From positions 32,001-96,000 of IMG/VR virus record IMGVR_UViG_3300008108_000039: a stretch of DNA of 64,000 bases. The stretch is one strand, 5' to 3'. A program made the translations under genes and the position numbers. The notes under the pieces are model-generated. The model ran no database searches and had not been told where the DNA came from. It saw nothing but the letters and a program-made list of their open reading frames with translations. This DNA comes from a virus. Below, one piece after another: positions 10,396-19,540 of the stretch (positions are counted from its first letter, which is position 1; every line of letters begins with the position of its first letter).

Positions 10396-11704
10396 ATTGT
10401 TTTATAAATTTATCTAAAATGGTTTCTATATAATCTGTTTTTTCCTTATTAATTACAGGTGATGTTCCTAAAAAGAATGTATCTGTAGTTACTTTCCTAG
10501 CTACAGGATATAATTCAATTATATCTTTAGGGTTAGCTAAATGTGTATAAGCAGGTTGTAACATAATATTACCTGCAAAATAAGGTCGTGTTTGTATTTT
10601 ATTTGCTTCAAAAAACTTACAAATATCAGAACGTTTAAATGGAGCATCATCTTTAACAGTTACTGGGAACGCAAACCAATCAACATCTGCTCCAGGTTGT
10701 GCTTTATGTAAATGAAAATATTGTTCATATCTGCTAAAAGCTGTAAATAAGTTTTTATAATTTTCTCTACGCTTAATACCTATTTCTTCTAATTTTCCCA
10801 TTTGAACTAAGCCAATAGATGCTTGTAATTCAATTGGTTTTAGATTATACCCTATTTCTTCATAAACGTATTTGTGATCAAATATATCATTGGGTAATGC
10901 GGGAAGCCAATTATTAAAGCGACAATCACAAGTTCCATTTTCAAGTAAATTTTGTTTACCTACACAATAACATCCTCTACCCCATTCTCTAAAACTACGA
11001 ACAATACGTTCTGTTTCTATATCATTCATAGCTACAAATCCACCTTCACCCATTGTGATATGATGAGCTGGATAAAATGAACAACTAGCCATTTTACCAA
11101 ATGATCCTAGTGGTTTACTATCAAATGTAGTTCCTAGAGCATCACAACAATCTTCTAATAGAATTAAATTATATTTTTTAATTATTCCCATTAAACGATG
11201 CATATTAGGTGGATTTCCTAATACATGAGCAAAAGTAATAATTTTTGCATCTGGGTTGTTACGGCATGCTTGTTCTACTTGGTCTAAATCTAAATTTAAT
11301 GTTTCTAATTCAATATCAACAAATATAGGAGTAAATCCTACTTGTAATATAGGATTAATTGTAGTTGGAAAACCAGCTATGGGAGTAATTACTTTAGTAC
11401 CTTTAGGTAAATTTAAACCACGTTTAGAAGTTAAAGCTAACATCATTAATAAATTAGCACTTGAACCACTATTTGTTAATATACCATATTCTTTACCAAA
11501 CAATTTAGGAAATTTACGTTCAAATTTAATTGCTTCTGCTCCTAATACTAACCATTCACCTAACAATGTTTTAACAGCTGCTACGTATTCAGCTGAAGAA
11601 AAATAAGGTCCAGCATATTGAACCCAATCCTTACCAGCTTCCCATGTTTTATCAGCATGTTTTTTGCTAATATATTCTTCTACCAATTTTAGAATATCTT
11701 GCAT
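10388..11704 (-). CDS. rfbH: NDP-4-keto-6-deoxyhexose 3-dehydrase (E1, RfbH/DdhC)
   Basis: NSGSSANL, EDCCDALG, SFYPAHHITMGEGG (His in place of the aminotransferase Lys), Fe-S Cys cluster GRGCYC...CDC, DHKYVY, RPYFAGN. Confidence 0.92.
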   Translation of the reverse strand: MQDILKLVEEYISKKHADKTWEAGKDWVQYAGPYFSSAEYVAAVKTLLGEWLVLGAEAIKFERKFPKLFGKEYGILTNSGSSANLLMMLALTSKRGLNLPKGTKVITPIAGFPTTINPILQVGFTPIFVDIELETLNLDLDQVEQACRNNPDAKIITFAHVLGNPPNMHRLMGIIKKYNLILLEDCCDALGTTFDSKPLGSFGKMASCSFYPAHHITMGEGGFVAMNDIETERIVRSFREWGRGCYCVGKQNLLENGTCDCRFNNWLPALPNDIFDHKYVYEEIGYNLKPIELQASIGLVQMGKLEEIGIKRRENYKNLFTAFSRYEQYFHLHKAQPGADVDWFAFPVTVKDDAPFKRSDICKFFEANKIQTRPYFAGNIMLQPAYTHLANPKDIIELYPVARKVTTDTFFLGTSPVINKEKTDYIETILDKFIKQYE

Positions 11705-12516
11705 TAGATTATTTCATTTAATTTAAATATTTCTGTAATGCTATCAATTATATTTTGTTCGTAATCAACATAATTAAGAGCTAATTTATAATTATCATTA
11801 ATAATATCTAAACGTTCATTGTAATAATTTTCATCTAGTTGATTTACTTTAACTATCAATTCATCAATATTATTAAATATAATAATTCCTTCTGGCCTAA
11901 AAAAATTAGATATTGATGTACATCCCCAATATACCGGAATGGTTTTTAATAAAAAACAGTCTAATATTTTTTCTGTAAAGTATCCATTATGTGAAGTATT
12001 TTCTATAGCTACTCCAAACATTGAATTACCAAATACTTCTTCTTTACCTATTCTAGCTTTTTCAATATTGTGTCTATCTCCATATGTAGCATAAAAATTA
12101 GTAGGTATTTTTATTTCATTTTTTCTATCTAATAATTCGTGTCTTAATGATTGACCGTGTGTTTTCAATAAAGTGCCTCTTAAATGAGATAACTCAAAAC
12201 GTTTTTCATGTGGTTGTTCATATTGAAAAGGTTTAAACCAAGTATGTCCAAAAGGTAAAAACACAGCATTTTCACAATTGTTTATTACCTTATCATCCCA
12301 TGTTAATATACATGAAAATAAATGTTTATTGGTAATAGCCCAATCATGTAATCCAAAATATTCATTTGGTTCCTGAAGTACTAATACATTAATATCAGAT
12401 AATTCTTCTGATTTTTCAGGTATAGCATCTACAAATAAAGAAAAATCTATATGTTCAAGATGTGATAATTTTTTTCTGAATATTTCTATATCGAAGTAAT
12501 TAACTTTTAATTTCAT
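11704..12516 (-). CDS. GT10-like (alpha-1,3-fucosyltransferase family) glycosyltransferase
   Basis: FGVAIENT..GYFTEKILDCF...TIPVYWG GT10 motif. Confidence 0.8.
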   Translation of the reverse strand: MKLKVNYFDIEIFRKKLSHLEHIDFSLFVDAIPEKSEELSDINVLVLQEPNEYFGLHDWAITNKHLFSCILTWDDKVINNCENAVFLPFGHTWFKPFQYEQPHEKRFELSHLRGTLLKTHGQSLRHELLDRKNEIKIPTNFYATYGDRHNIEKARIGKEEVFGNSMFGVAIENTSHNGYFTEKILDCFLLKTIPVYWGCTSISNFFRPEGIIIFNNIDELIVKVNQLDENYYNERLDIINDNYKLALNYVDYEQNIIDSITEIFKLNEII

Positions 12517-13139
12517 AATGTGCTATAATAATTGTTTTGTTTTTCTTGTCTTTCTATTGTTTTAGGATGGATTAAACATAATTCATCAAGTGGGGGAAAA
12601 CTAGTTAGTAAATTATATCCTTGCAACACTTCATGTACTTTATTTTTCCAAGTTATATTTCCATTATTTTTCCAAATGCGCCACTGAAAGTCAGGAAAGT
12701 TTACTCTATTATTTTCTACTATCCATCCCCATTTTTGGATATGTTCTTTAGTTAAACCTTCTACTGTATTAATTCTAGGGACTAAAAAAACATCTGTATC
12801 AGAATTATGTTCTAATATAATAGGTAAATTTACTATTAAATCAACATGAGGATATTCATCTGCATCAATTTGGAATATATAATCTCTAGTACAATGTTTA
12901 CTTAAATTGTTTTTAAATAAAGCAAAATCATTATTTAATGGATACCATATTCTATGATATTCATAAGATGTATTAACATTATATTTTTCTGCTACTAGTT
13001 TTACTTCTGATGTAGCTGTAGTATCTAATTGGACTACAATTTCATCTTCAGGACGAATATATTTGTTTAATAAATCTAATAAACGTTCTAATTCAACATG
13101 TTCATTACATGCTGTAATCGCATAACTAATTGAAGGCAT
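12513..13139 (-). CDS. GT2 glycosyltransferase
   Basis: ISYAITACNE, FQIDADE, PDFQWRI, VHE. Confidence 0.85.
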   Translation of the reverse strand: MPSISYAITACNEHVELERLLDLLNKYIRPEDEIVVQLDTTATSEVKLVAEKYNVNTSYEYHRIWYPLNNDFALFKNNLSKHCTRDYIFQIDADEYPHVDLIVNLPIILEHNSDTDVFLVPRINTVEGLTKEHIQKWGWIVENNRVNFPDFQWRIWKNNGNITWKNKVHEVLQGYNLLTSFPPLDELCLIHPKTIERQEKQNNYYSTL

Positions 13140-13143
13140 AACA

Positions 13144-13536
13144 TTATATTTGATTGAAATATCCTATATATTCAAGAGCATCCATAAATTCATTTTGCTC
13201 ATATTCTTTTTTAGTTGTCATATCTGCTTTTCCATCTCGGGCTTGTACAGCAGACCATTTCCAATCATCTACTGATGTTCCCTCAGCAAATACCATTGAT
13301 TTATCTTCTAACATTACACTATTGGGATACCAATATTTACCCTCTCCATCTTTATACCTTAAAGCTATATATAATTCAGGTAGAGCAAATTCCATTTCTT
13401 CAACATTTTTATCTGTAATGGTATTATTGGAAGTAAATCCACATCCCATACAAATCCAAATAATTACTCTACCATCTGTTATTTCGCTACAGGCGTTTCC
13501 ACCACATTTAGCACATGTTATAAGTGATTCTTTCAT
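13144..13536 (-). CDS. Hypothetical Zn-ribbon protein
   Basis: CAKCGGNAC and CMGCG pairs. Confidence 0.6.
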   Translation of the reverse strand: MKESLITCAKCGGNACSEITDGRVIIWICMGCGFTSNNTITDKNVEEMEFALPELYIALRYKDGEGKYWYPNSVMLEDKSMVFAEGTSVDDWKWSAVQARDGKADMTTKKEYEQNEFMDALEYIGYFNQI

Positions 13537-13592
13537 AATTTAATGTGTTATTTTGAAAAATATATATTACTCCACCTGTATTATTTGTCATT

Positions 13593-13907
13593 CTAGTATA
13601 TTTGTTTTTCTAAATCATCATTTTCTACGGAATATTGTTTTTTTAAATCTTCTACTATTATTTTATCAATTTTTTCTATAGCTTCTTTTGATAAATTCTT
13701 TCTAGCTATAATATCAAAAGGATTATTTTCAAATTGTAATGACTTAGCAAAGTCATAAGGATCAGTAGGATTTAATATTAAAGCTCTAATAACAGGATTA
13801 CAACTTACTTTATTCTGTACAGCTTCTTCTACTAATTTTTTAAATCTTTTGTTTTGTTGTTTATATTGTTGTCTTTTTTCAATCCAACTTTTAATAAATT
13901 TAAACAT
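13593..13907 (-). CDS. Hypothetical protein
   Basis: 104 aa ORF tightly packed on the coding strand. Confidence 0.55.
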   Translation of the reverse strand: MFKFIKSWIEKRQQYKQQNKRFKKLVEEAVQNKVSCNPVIRALILNPTDPYDFAKSLQFENNPFDIIARKNLSKEAIEKIDKIIVEDLKKQYSVENDDLEKQIY

Positions 13908-13909
13908 TG

Positions 13910-15205
13910 TTATTCAGTTTTTAATTTAGGTAATTCTATTTTCTTTAATTGAGGTAATTTAAATTGAGTTTGTTTTGGGACTTTAGCATCTAAAATAGCA
14001 TCTAATTTTTCAGCCATTTTATCTAAACTAAATTCAGTACGTGAACGATAAGCTTGTCTTTTAGCTCCTTCATTATATTTTTTATAATTTTTATAAATTT
14101 CTTCTAAAGCATCAGATCCTTCTTTTTCACCTACTGTAAACCACTGTGATTCAGATAAAATCATATTTTGTACTACAGCAGAAGGGTGAACTTGAGTTAA
14201 TGCACCTCCTACTAATGGAGTAAAATCAGGATCTAAGAAATCTAAATGAGCACTCCAAGCTGAGGCCAGTACTGGTTTTTGAGATAATGTAGCTTCAAGT
14301 AATGGCCTACCATAACCTTCACCTTTAGTAAATGACACGTGTGTCTTAATTTTAGGATGATTGTACAGTTCATTTATTTCTTCATCACTAAATTCTCCAT
14401 GAAGTAAATAAATTGATGGTAGTTTTCCTTTTACTGAGTTTTGAATAGCTCTAATTTTATCTAACATTTCTTCTCTATCCATAACACATGGAGTTGCAGA
14501 TTGTGTTTTTAAAATTAAAGCAGGTTGTTTAGGTTTATTTTTAAATGTTTCAAGAAATATTCTTACTAATCCAGATACATTTTTTCTATCTTCATTCATT
14601 TCACCTTGCAACCAATGTCCTACAAATAAGAAAGCATATTCTTCAGGAATTTCATCTATAAATTCAAATAATTCTTTATTTTTGAATTCTTCAATTTTTT
14701 TATAAATGTTTGTATTAACACCTTCAAATAATACTTCTACTGGTGCTTTTAATTCTATAAGTGATTCTACTTGTCCTGTTTGTTGATTACGTTTTTCAAA
14801 TTTAGAGTTTTGGAATACTTTTTTAGCATGCTCCGATGATACTAAGGTTAAATTCATTCTATTTACTCCTTCAATCCAACTAGGATCACATAAGGTAGTT
14901 TCAATACCTGCTGTCATACCTATATTAAACTTACCTACCTGTTGAAATTCATTAGGTACTGTTATTTGCATCCAAATATCAGGTTGTTTTGGTAGTTGAT
15001 TATTTACCATAATACATGATGCTATTTTTTCATGATCTGGATTTCCTGGTTTTAAAAAACCAAATGGTGTGTTTCCCCATCTTTGAGGTAATACTTTTAC
15101 ATCATATTTGTTTGTATTAATGATAGATAATACTACATCTCTTGAGCGTGCGCCATATCCACTGAATGTATCAATAGGGCAACTTATAACGAATAATGGT
15201 TTCAT
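13910..15205 (-). CDS. GT4-like glycosyltransferase
   Basis: SGYGARSRD, DRKNV, TKGEGYGRPLLEA (EX7E). Confidence 0.85.
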   Translation of the reverse strand: MKPLFVISCPIDTFSGYGARSRDVVLSIINTNKYDVKVLPQRWGNTPFGFLKPGNPDHEKIASCIMVNNQLPKQPDIWMQITVPNEFQQVGKFNIGMTAGIETTLCDPSWIEGVNRMNLTLVSSEHAKKVFQNSKFEKRNQQTGQVESLIELKAPVEVLFEGVNTNIYKKIEEFKNKELFEFIDEIPEEYAFLFVGHWLQGEMNEDRKNVSGLVRIFLETFKNKPKQPALILKTQSATPCVMDREEMLDKIRAIQNSVKGKLPSIYLLHGEFSDEEINELYNHPKIKTHVSFTKGEGYGRPLLEATLSQKPVLASAWSAHLDFLDPDFTPLVGGALTQVHPSAVVQNMILSESQWFTVGEKEGSDALEEIYKNYKKYNEGAKRQAYRSRTEFSLDKMAEKLDAILDAKVPKQTQFKLPQLKKIELPKLKTE

Positions 15206-15206
15206 A

Positions 15207-16667
15207 TTATTTTGCGATAACGTGTTTTACAAAATGTTTTGGTTGTTTAAGTGATTCAACAGGAATAAATTCAAATTGGTATCTTGGTGTCCATTTTTCA
15301 AAAGTTTCATCAATAGCACTAATTACATTTTTAGACATCCATCTAGCTGATTCCATTGATTCATCTGATGTAACCCATTCACGAGCAGCTTTACATTGTT
15401 CCTCATATACTTCAGGAGTTTCTATTTTAGTTTTATATAAAGCCATTATTTGATCAGCTATATCAAATGGTTCAGCTCTATCATCGAATATATAAGGTGT
15501 AGGAGGAGAACCAACTAAAGATAAATTAGATGGAAATACGGGATAAGCCCATTTACCATGTTTTTTATATTTGCCTCTATGATTTGAACCAAATTCTTCT
15601 GTAAATTGAATCCATTTACCATTTTCATCTTCAAAACGCATTTGATCTTGCATACCACCTGTTACAGTAGCAATAATTGGTTTTCCACACATCATTGCTT
15701 CAGTTAATGATAATCCCCAACCTTCATTAGATGAAACTAAGGCACAACCATCAGTAGCATTATAAAGTAAATTCATAATATTAGCTGGATATCTTCCTTG
15801 GTCAAATATAATTTGAGCTCGTTCATCATATCCAAATAGATTATCTTTTACGGCTTGTAAATCAGTTCCATTATCATCTACTACTTGGGTATGGAGTACT
15901 AAAGCACATTTTTTAGCTTGTTCATCTGTTAATTTGTCAATGAATATCTTCCAAGCTAATACTAGATCAGGTACAGATTTACGGCGGATGTTACGCGCAT
16001 TATATAGTAGAGTAAAATCATACTTTTTTTCTCCATACAATTGCTTTTTAAATTCTTCCAAAGTTAAATACTCAGTTTTATCTTTAGTAATAGGAAAAAA
16101 TATTTCTTCATTAATTCCGTGAGGAACATATTTAATTACTTTTTCAGCTGATAATTCAACTCCTAATACCGATCTATTTATGTTTTCTGTTTGTTTACTA
16201 ATTGCAAGTAAGGCATCACATGATTCATAAAATGATTTATTATACATTGGGTAAGGTAAATCATCCCAAATATTTAAATAAATAATAGGTATTTGTTTTC
16301 TAATCTCATACTCCATTTGAAATAACCAAATCCAATATCTAGGATCAGTAAACATCATAATAGCATCGGGACGTTCCATTTGTATTAGTTGTCTAACAAT
16401 TTCTGGGCTGCCATAACCATCTGTAGGATATAAAAATACACTAGCATCTTCAATACTAGCTATTTTATTGGTGTCTGCGTTTAGATCAAATTTTTGACCT
16501 TTATCAGGGTGAGTAATAGCACCTCCTAAATTTACCCAATTATAGTGATGTGCTGTACCTAAAACGATTTCTCTAGCCATAGTGGAAACACCACTTGTCA
16601 TTCGGATATCGTCACATAGTAATAGGATTTTTTTGCGTTGAGCTTGTGGAATATAACCTTCTTTCAT
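15207..16667 (-). CDS. GT4 glycosyltransferase
   Basis: VPHGI, RNIRRK, SSNEGWGLSLTEAMMCGKP (EX7E), TGGMQDQ. Confidence 0.88.
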   Translation of the reverse strand: MKEGYIPQAQRKKILLLCDDIRMTSGVSTMAREIVLGTAHHYNWVNLGGAITHPDKGQKFDLNADTNKIASIEDASVFLYPTDGYGSPEIVRQLIQMERPDAIMMFTDPRYWIWLFQMEYEIRKQIPIIYLNIWDDLPYPMYNKSFYESCDALLAISKQTENINRSVLGVELSAEKVIKYVPHGINEEIFFPITKDKTEYLTLEEFKKQLYGEKKYDFTLLYNARNIRRKSVPDLVLAWKIFIDKLTDEQAKKCALVLHTQVVDDNGTDLQAVKDNLFGYDERAQIIFDQGRYPANIMNLLYNATDGCALVSSNEGWGLSLTEAMMCGKPIIATVTGGMQDQMRFEDENGKWIQFTEEFGSNHRGKYKKHGKWAYPVFPSNLSLVGSPPTPYIFDDRAEPFDIADQIMALYKTKIETPEVYEEQCKAAREWVTSDESMESARWMSKNVISAIDETFEKWTPRYQFEFIPVESLKQPKHFVKHVIAK

Positions 16668-16674
16668 AACGTTA

Positions 16675-16875
16675 TTATTCTGTTTCTTTTTTTAATGTTG
16701 TGTCTAATTGATTATGGATTTGTTTTCTAAATTCATCATTTGTTAGGTATAAGAACATAGCACGTTCTGTTAATTTTTGAACGCTAAATTTGTACTTAAC
16801 ACAGGCAATTTTGAATTGTTCAAACAAATCCTCAGGGATTTTTACACTTGTAAGTTGCATGTTTGATTTTGCCAT
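16675..16875 (-). CDS. Ribbon-helix-helix-like DNA-binding protein
   Basis: LTSVKIPEDLFEQFK beta-alpha-alpha pattern; promoter motif upstream; first gene of the glycan operon. Confidence 0.6.
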   Translation of the reverse strand: MAKSNMQLTSVKIPEDLFEQFKIACVKYKFSVQKLTERAMFLYLTNDEFRKQIHNQLDTTLKKETE

Positions 16876-16904
16876 AATATATTATTTGATATAAATATAT
16901 ACAA

Positions 16905-17849
16905 CTATACTAAAACTGCAACTTTATCACAAAGATCTGGCTTGTCTCTGTAGGGACACCATTTGCAACTACTTTCACCTACATTTTTAAGATACGACTT
17001 TATTTGAGGTTTACCAACTTCATTAAAACAATCTTTAATAAAAGATTGGAAATTATCTATTGTTTGTTTACGTTTATTTTTTCCACTTGCTGGTTTGAAA
17101 GATTGTACTCTTGGAATAGCATATTCGGATTGCTCCCAGATTTTTCGTTTAACAATAAAGAATTCAACTTCAATTTTTTCCACATCAACATTAAATTGTT
17201 GCGCAAAAAACTGCTTGTATAACAATACTTGAGCGATTTTAGAATTATCTCTTTTGTCATTATCTGACCATCCTCTGGTAGATGTTTTGATGTCATATAT
17301 ATAAATTTTATCTAATTCTTCATCATATAATACAAAATCAATAAATCCTTTTAAATAAATATTATTACCCACATTTACTAATAAAGGCATTTCTATACCT
17401 AGTAATTTTACTTTACGTATAGTAAATAATTTATTTCTGTTTTTCTTAATCCAATCTAATATAGCAACAGCATCTTCAAAAAATTCTCCCATTTGAACAG
17501 GATCACTAAAATGAGTACCTACTGCTTTATATTCTTTAGAATAAATTGTTGAAAATTTTTCCTTAAACAGTTTAATTAGATCCATTCTATCAGCAGCTGC
17601 TCCACTCTCATTGTACATTATTGTAATGTAGTCTTGTAATGTTTCATGAAATGCTGTACCAAATACAGTATGTATACTTGCTTGATATGGTTGTTTATTT
17701 TCTACATAGGTAAGATACCATTGATGTGGACATTTATTCCATATTGAATATTGAGAATAAGAAACACTACGTTGATATTCATAGTTTATTTCTGATGGTT
17801 TATAATTCTTAATTTTAACTTCAACCTCAGATAATTTTTTCTTAGCCAT
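16905..17849 (-). CDS. Cas4/AddB-like PD-(D/E)XK exonuclease
   Basis: SYSQ...CP, FGTAFHE, GFID...DIKT, QVLLY, C-terminal CKWCPY...C (Fe-S staple). Confidence 0.85.
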   Translation of the reverse strand: MAKKKLSEVEVKIKNYKPSEINYEYQRSVSYSQYSIWNKCPHQWYLTYVENKQPYQASIHTVFGTAFHETLQDYITIMYNESGAAADRMDLIKLFKEKFSTIYSKEYKAVGTHFSDPVQMGEFFEDAVAILDWIKKNRNKLFTIRKVKLLGIEMPLLVNVGNNIYLKGFIDFVLYDEELDKIYIYDIKTSTRGWSDNDKRDNSKIAQVLLYKQFFAQQFNVDVEKIEVEFFIVKRKIWEQSEYAIPRVQSFKPASGKNKRKQTIDNFQSFIKDCFNEVGKPQIKSYLKNVGESSCKWCPYRDKPDLCDKVAVLV

Positions 17850-18129
17850 ATATTTTCCTAATTGCTTTACCTAATTCTTGATCATTAGGATATTGTTTAA
17901 CTAAATCTTGAACAGTGTTAAGAGTAGTAATTTCTTTTTTTAAATATTGAGCTAAGTCAAGTGCTTCTTCATAAGCATGTTGAAGCATATTTTGATGATT
18001 ATTTTGTTCTAATGTAGTATTATACTTTTTTAACCCACGATCTGCTCTTAAAGCAAGATCTTTCATTACTGAAGTTGTAATCTTATCATCCGGGGTACAT
18101 ATAAGATTAAGTGATGTTATTGTATTCAT
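17842..18129 (-). CDS. Hypothetical phage protein (helical nucleotide pyrophosphatase-like)
   Basis: RADRGLKKYNTTL...LQHAYEEALDLAQYL, EExxD motif. Confidence 0.55.
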   Translation of the reverse strand: MNTITSLNLICTPDDKITTSVMKDLALRADRGLKKYNTTLEQNNHQNMLQHAYEEALDLAQYLKKEITTLNTVQDLVKQYPNDQELGKAIRKIYG

Positions 18130-18689
18130 AATAAATTAAATTTTAATATTTCTTTGATTGCTTGTTTTCCATCTTCATTTATTTGTCTAGTACCTACACC
18201 TGCAAAATTCTTTGGCAATGAAGGGATAATGTATATTGGGAGGAATTTTTTTACAAGATATGAATACACATACCATTGTTTAAAATTTTGTTCATATAAA
18301 TAAACTGATTTATTGTTGTTTATAGCCATTTGAACTGCCCATCCAGTTCCACCATCTACTAATTTATCTGATCCTATAACTAAACGTCCAACAGCATATA
18401 TTGCTTCTGCATTTTTTACTTGAAACCAATTTCTACACAATAAATTTCTAACGTAAGGGTTATATTTAATTTTATATAACGGACGTTTAATTGGTTTTTC
18501 ACATAATAATACTTGTTGCCATCCTTCTTCTAATTGTTCAGATGTTAATACTACTGGATTTTCTCCATATTGGGTATGGCCTTGAAAAGAATATGCTATG
18601 GTTTTTACTTTATATTCTTTTAATTGATTTTCCCATTCCATATCAGAACCGGGGCATCCTCCACTATGACAAATATAAGTTTTATCCAT
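18126..18689 (-). CDS. SLOG-superfamily-like protein
   Basis: HSGGCPGSD, RNWFQV, GGTGWAV, FAGVGTR. Confidence 0.55.
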   Translation of the reverse strand: MDKTYICHSGGCPGSDMEWENQLKEYKVKTIAYSFQGHTQYGENPVVLTSEQLEEGWQQVLLCEKPIKRPLYKIKYNPYVRNLLCRNWFQVKNAEAIYAVGRLVIGSDKLVDGGTGWAVQMAINNNKSVYLYEQNFKQWYVYSYLVKKFLPIYIIPSLPKNFAGVGTRQINEDGKQAIKEILKFNLL

Positions 18690-19071
18690 TAATTTGAGAT
18701 GTTATATTTTCAACTTCATTTTTAGAAAGCATTCTGATGTATTCTTTAGCTTCTTTTTTAGATACTTCAAAATAAGTAGCTACTGCTTTTACTTCATCAA
18801 CATCATAATCTTCTTTTTTAGAGGCTTTAATATACTTTAAATATTTGTATTGTTTAGGAATAAGATCTTTATATAGATTATAAAGATACTCTCCTTTCAT
18901 TTGCCAAGTATTCTTTTGTACTATATTAACTACCTCACAGTAATCAGGGTCCATACTAAGTATTCTATTACACATCCAGTTATTGAAACTATTTTTTTCT
19001 TCTTCAGGAATATATTTCCACTCTTCTTTAGTTAATGTTATTCTTTTTATAGTATCAAAAATATTAGCCAT
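18682..19071 (-). CDS. Clamp loader small subunit (T4 gp62-like)
   Basis: FNNWMCNRILSM...YLKYIK...YFEVSKKEAKEY; adjacent to clamp-loader ATPase. Confidence 0.7.
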   Translation of the reverse strand: MANIFDTIKRITLTKEEWKYIPEEEKNSFNNWMCNRILSMDPDYCEVVNIVQKNTWQMKGEYLYNLYKDLIPKQYKYLKYIKASKKEDYDVDEVKAVATYFEVSKKEAKEYIRMLSKNEVENITSQING

Positions 19072-19326
19072 TTAGTAAAATTTCGTTGTTCCACTATCTT
19101 TAGCTACTTTAAGTTGCATTTTAAGATAATTTACTTCATTTTTTAAATTATAAACATCAATTTGACTTGCTCTTAATTCTTTTTCTATTTCTAATTGATG
19201 AGATTTAATATCAAGAAATACAGTTTCACTTAGATTTCTTTCAATTATTAACTTTTGAATAACACTGTTTAAACGTTCTATCTCACGTTTACGTTTATTA
19301 AATAGATTTGTTAGCATTCTTACCAT
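19072..19326 (-). CDS. Hypothetical coiled-coil protein
   Basis: Heptad-rich 84 aa ORF. Confidence 0.5.
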   Translation of the reverse strand: MVRMLTNLFNKRKREIERLNSVIQKLIIERNLSETVFLDIKSHQLEIEKELRASQIDVYNLKNEVNYLKMQLKVAKDSGTTKFY

Positions 19327-19540
19327 AGAATTGTTTTAAAGGTGCTTGAATAAATTCTTCAAGTAATACTCCACATTTGTCACAAGCGATTAATTGAATA
19401 GGAACTATTCTATCTTCAGGTAAACCTGATATTAATCTAGATTCTTTACGAATATACATTACATCTTTAAATGTAGGATTACCGCACTCGCATATTAAGG
19501 GAGTTGTAGCTGTTATATTAAGCTGTTGTGGTTGATTCAT
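19298..19540 (-). CDS. Zn-ribbon hypothetical protein
   Basis: CECG...CDKCG. Confidence 0.65.
   Translation of the reverse strand: MNQPQQLNITATTPLICECGNPTFKDVMYIRKESRLISGLPEDRIVPIQLIACDKCGVLLEEFIQAPLKQFYGKNANKSI

Noticed and set aside
16905-17849. Cas4 as a sign of a CRISPR-Cas system
   Set aside because: No repeat-spacer array or other cas genes seen; solo Cas4-like nucleases are common in phage replication blocks
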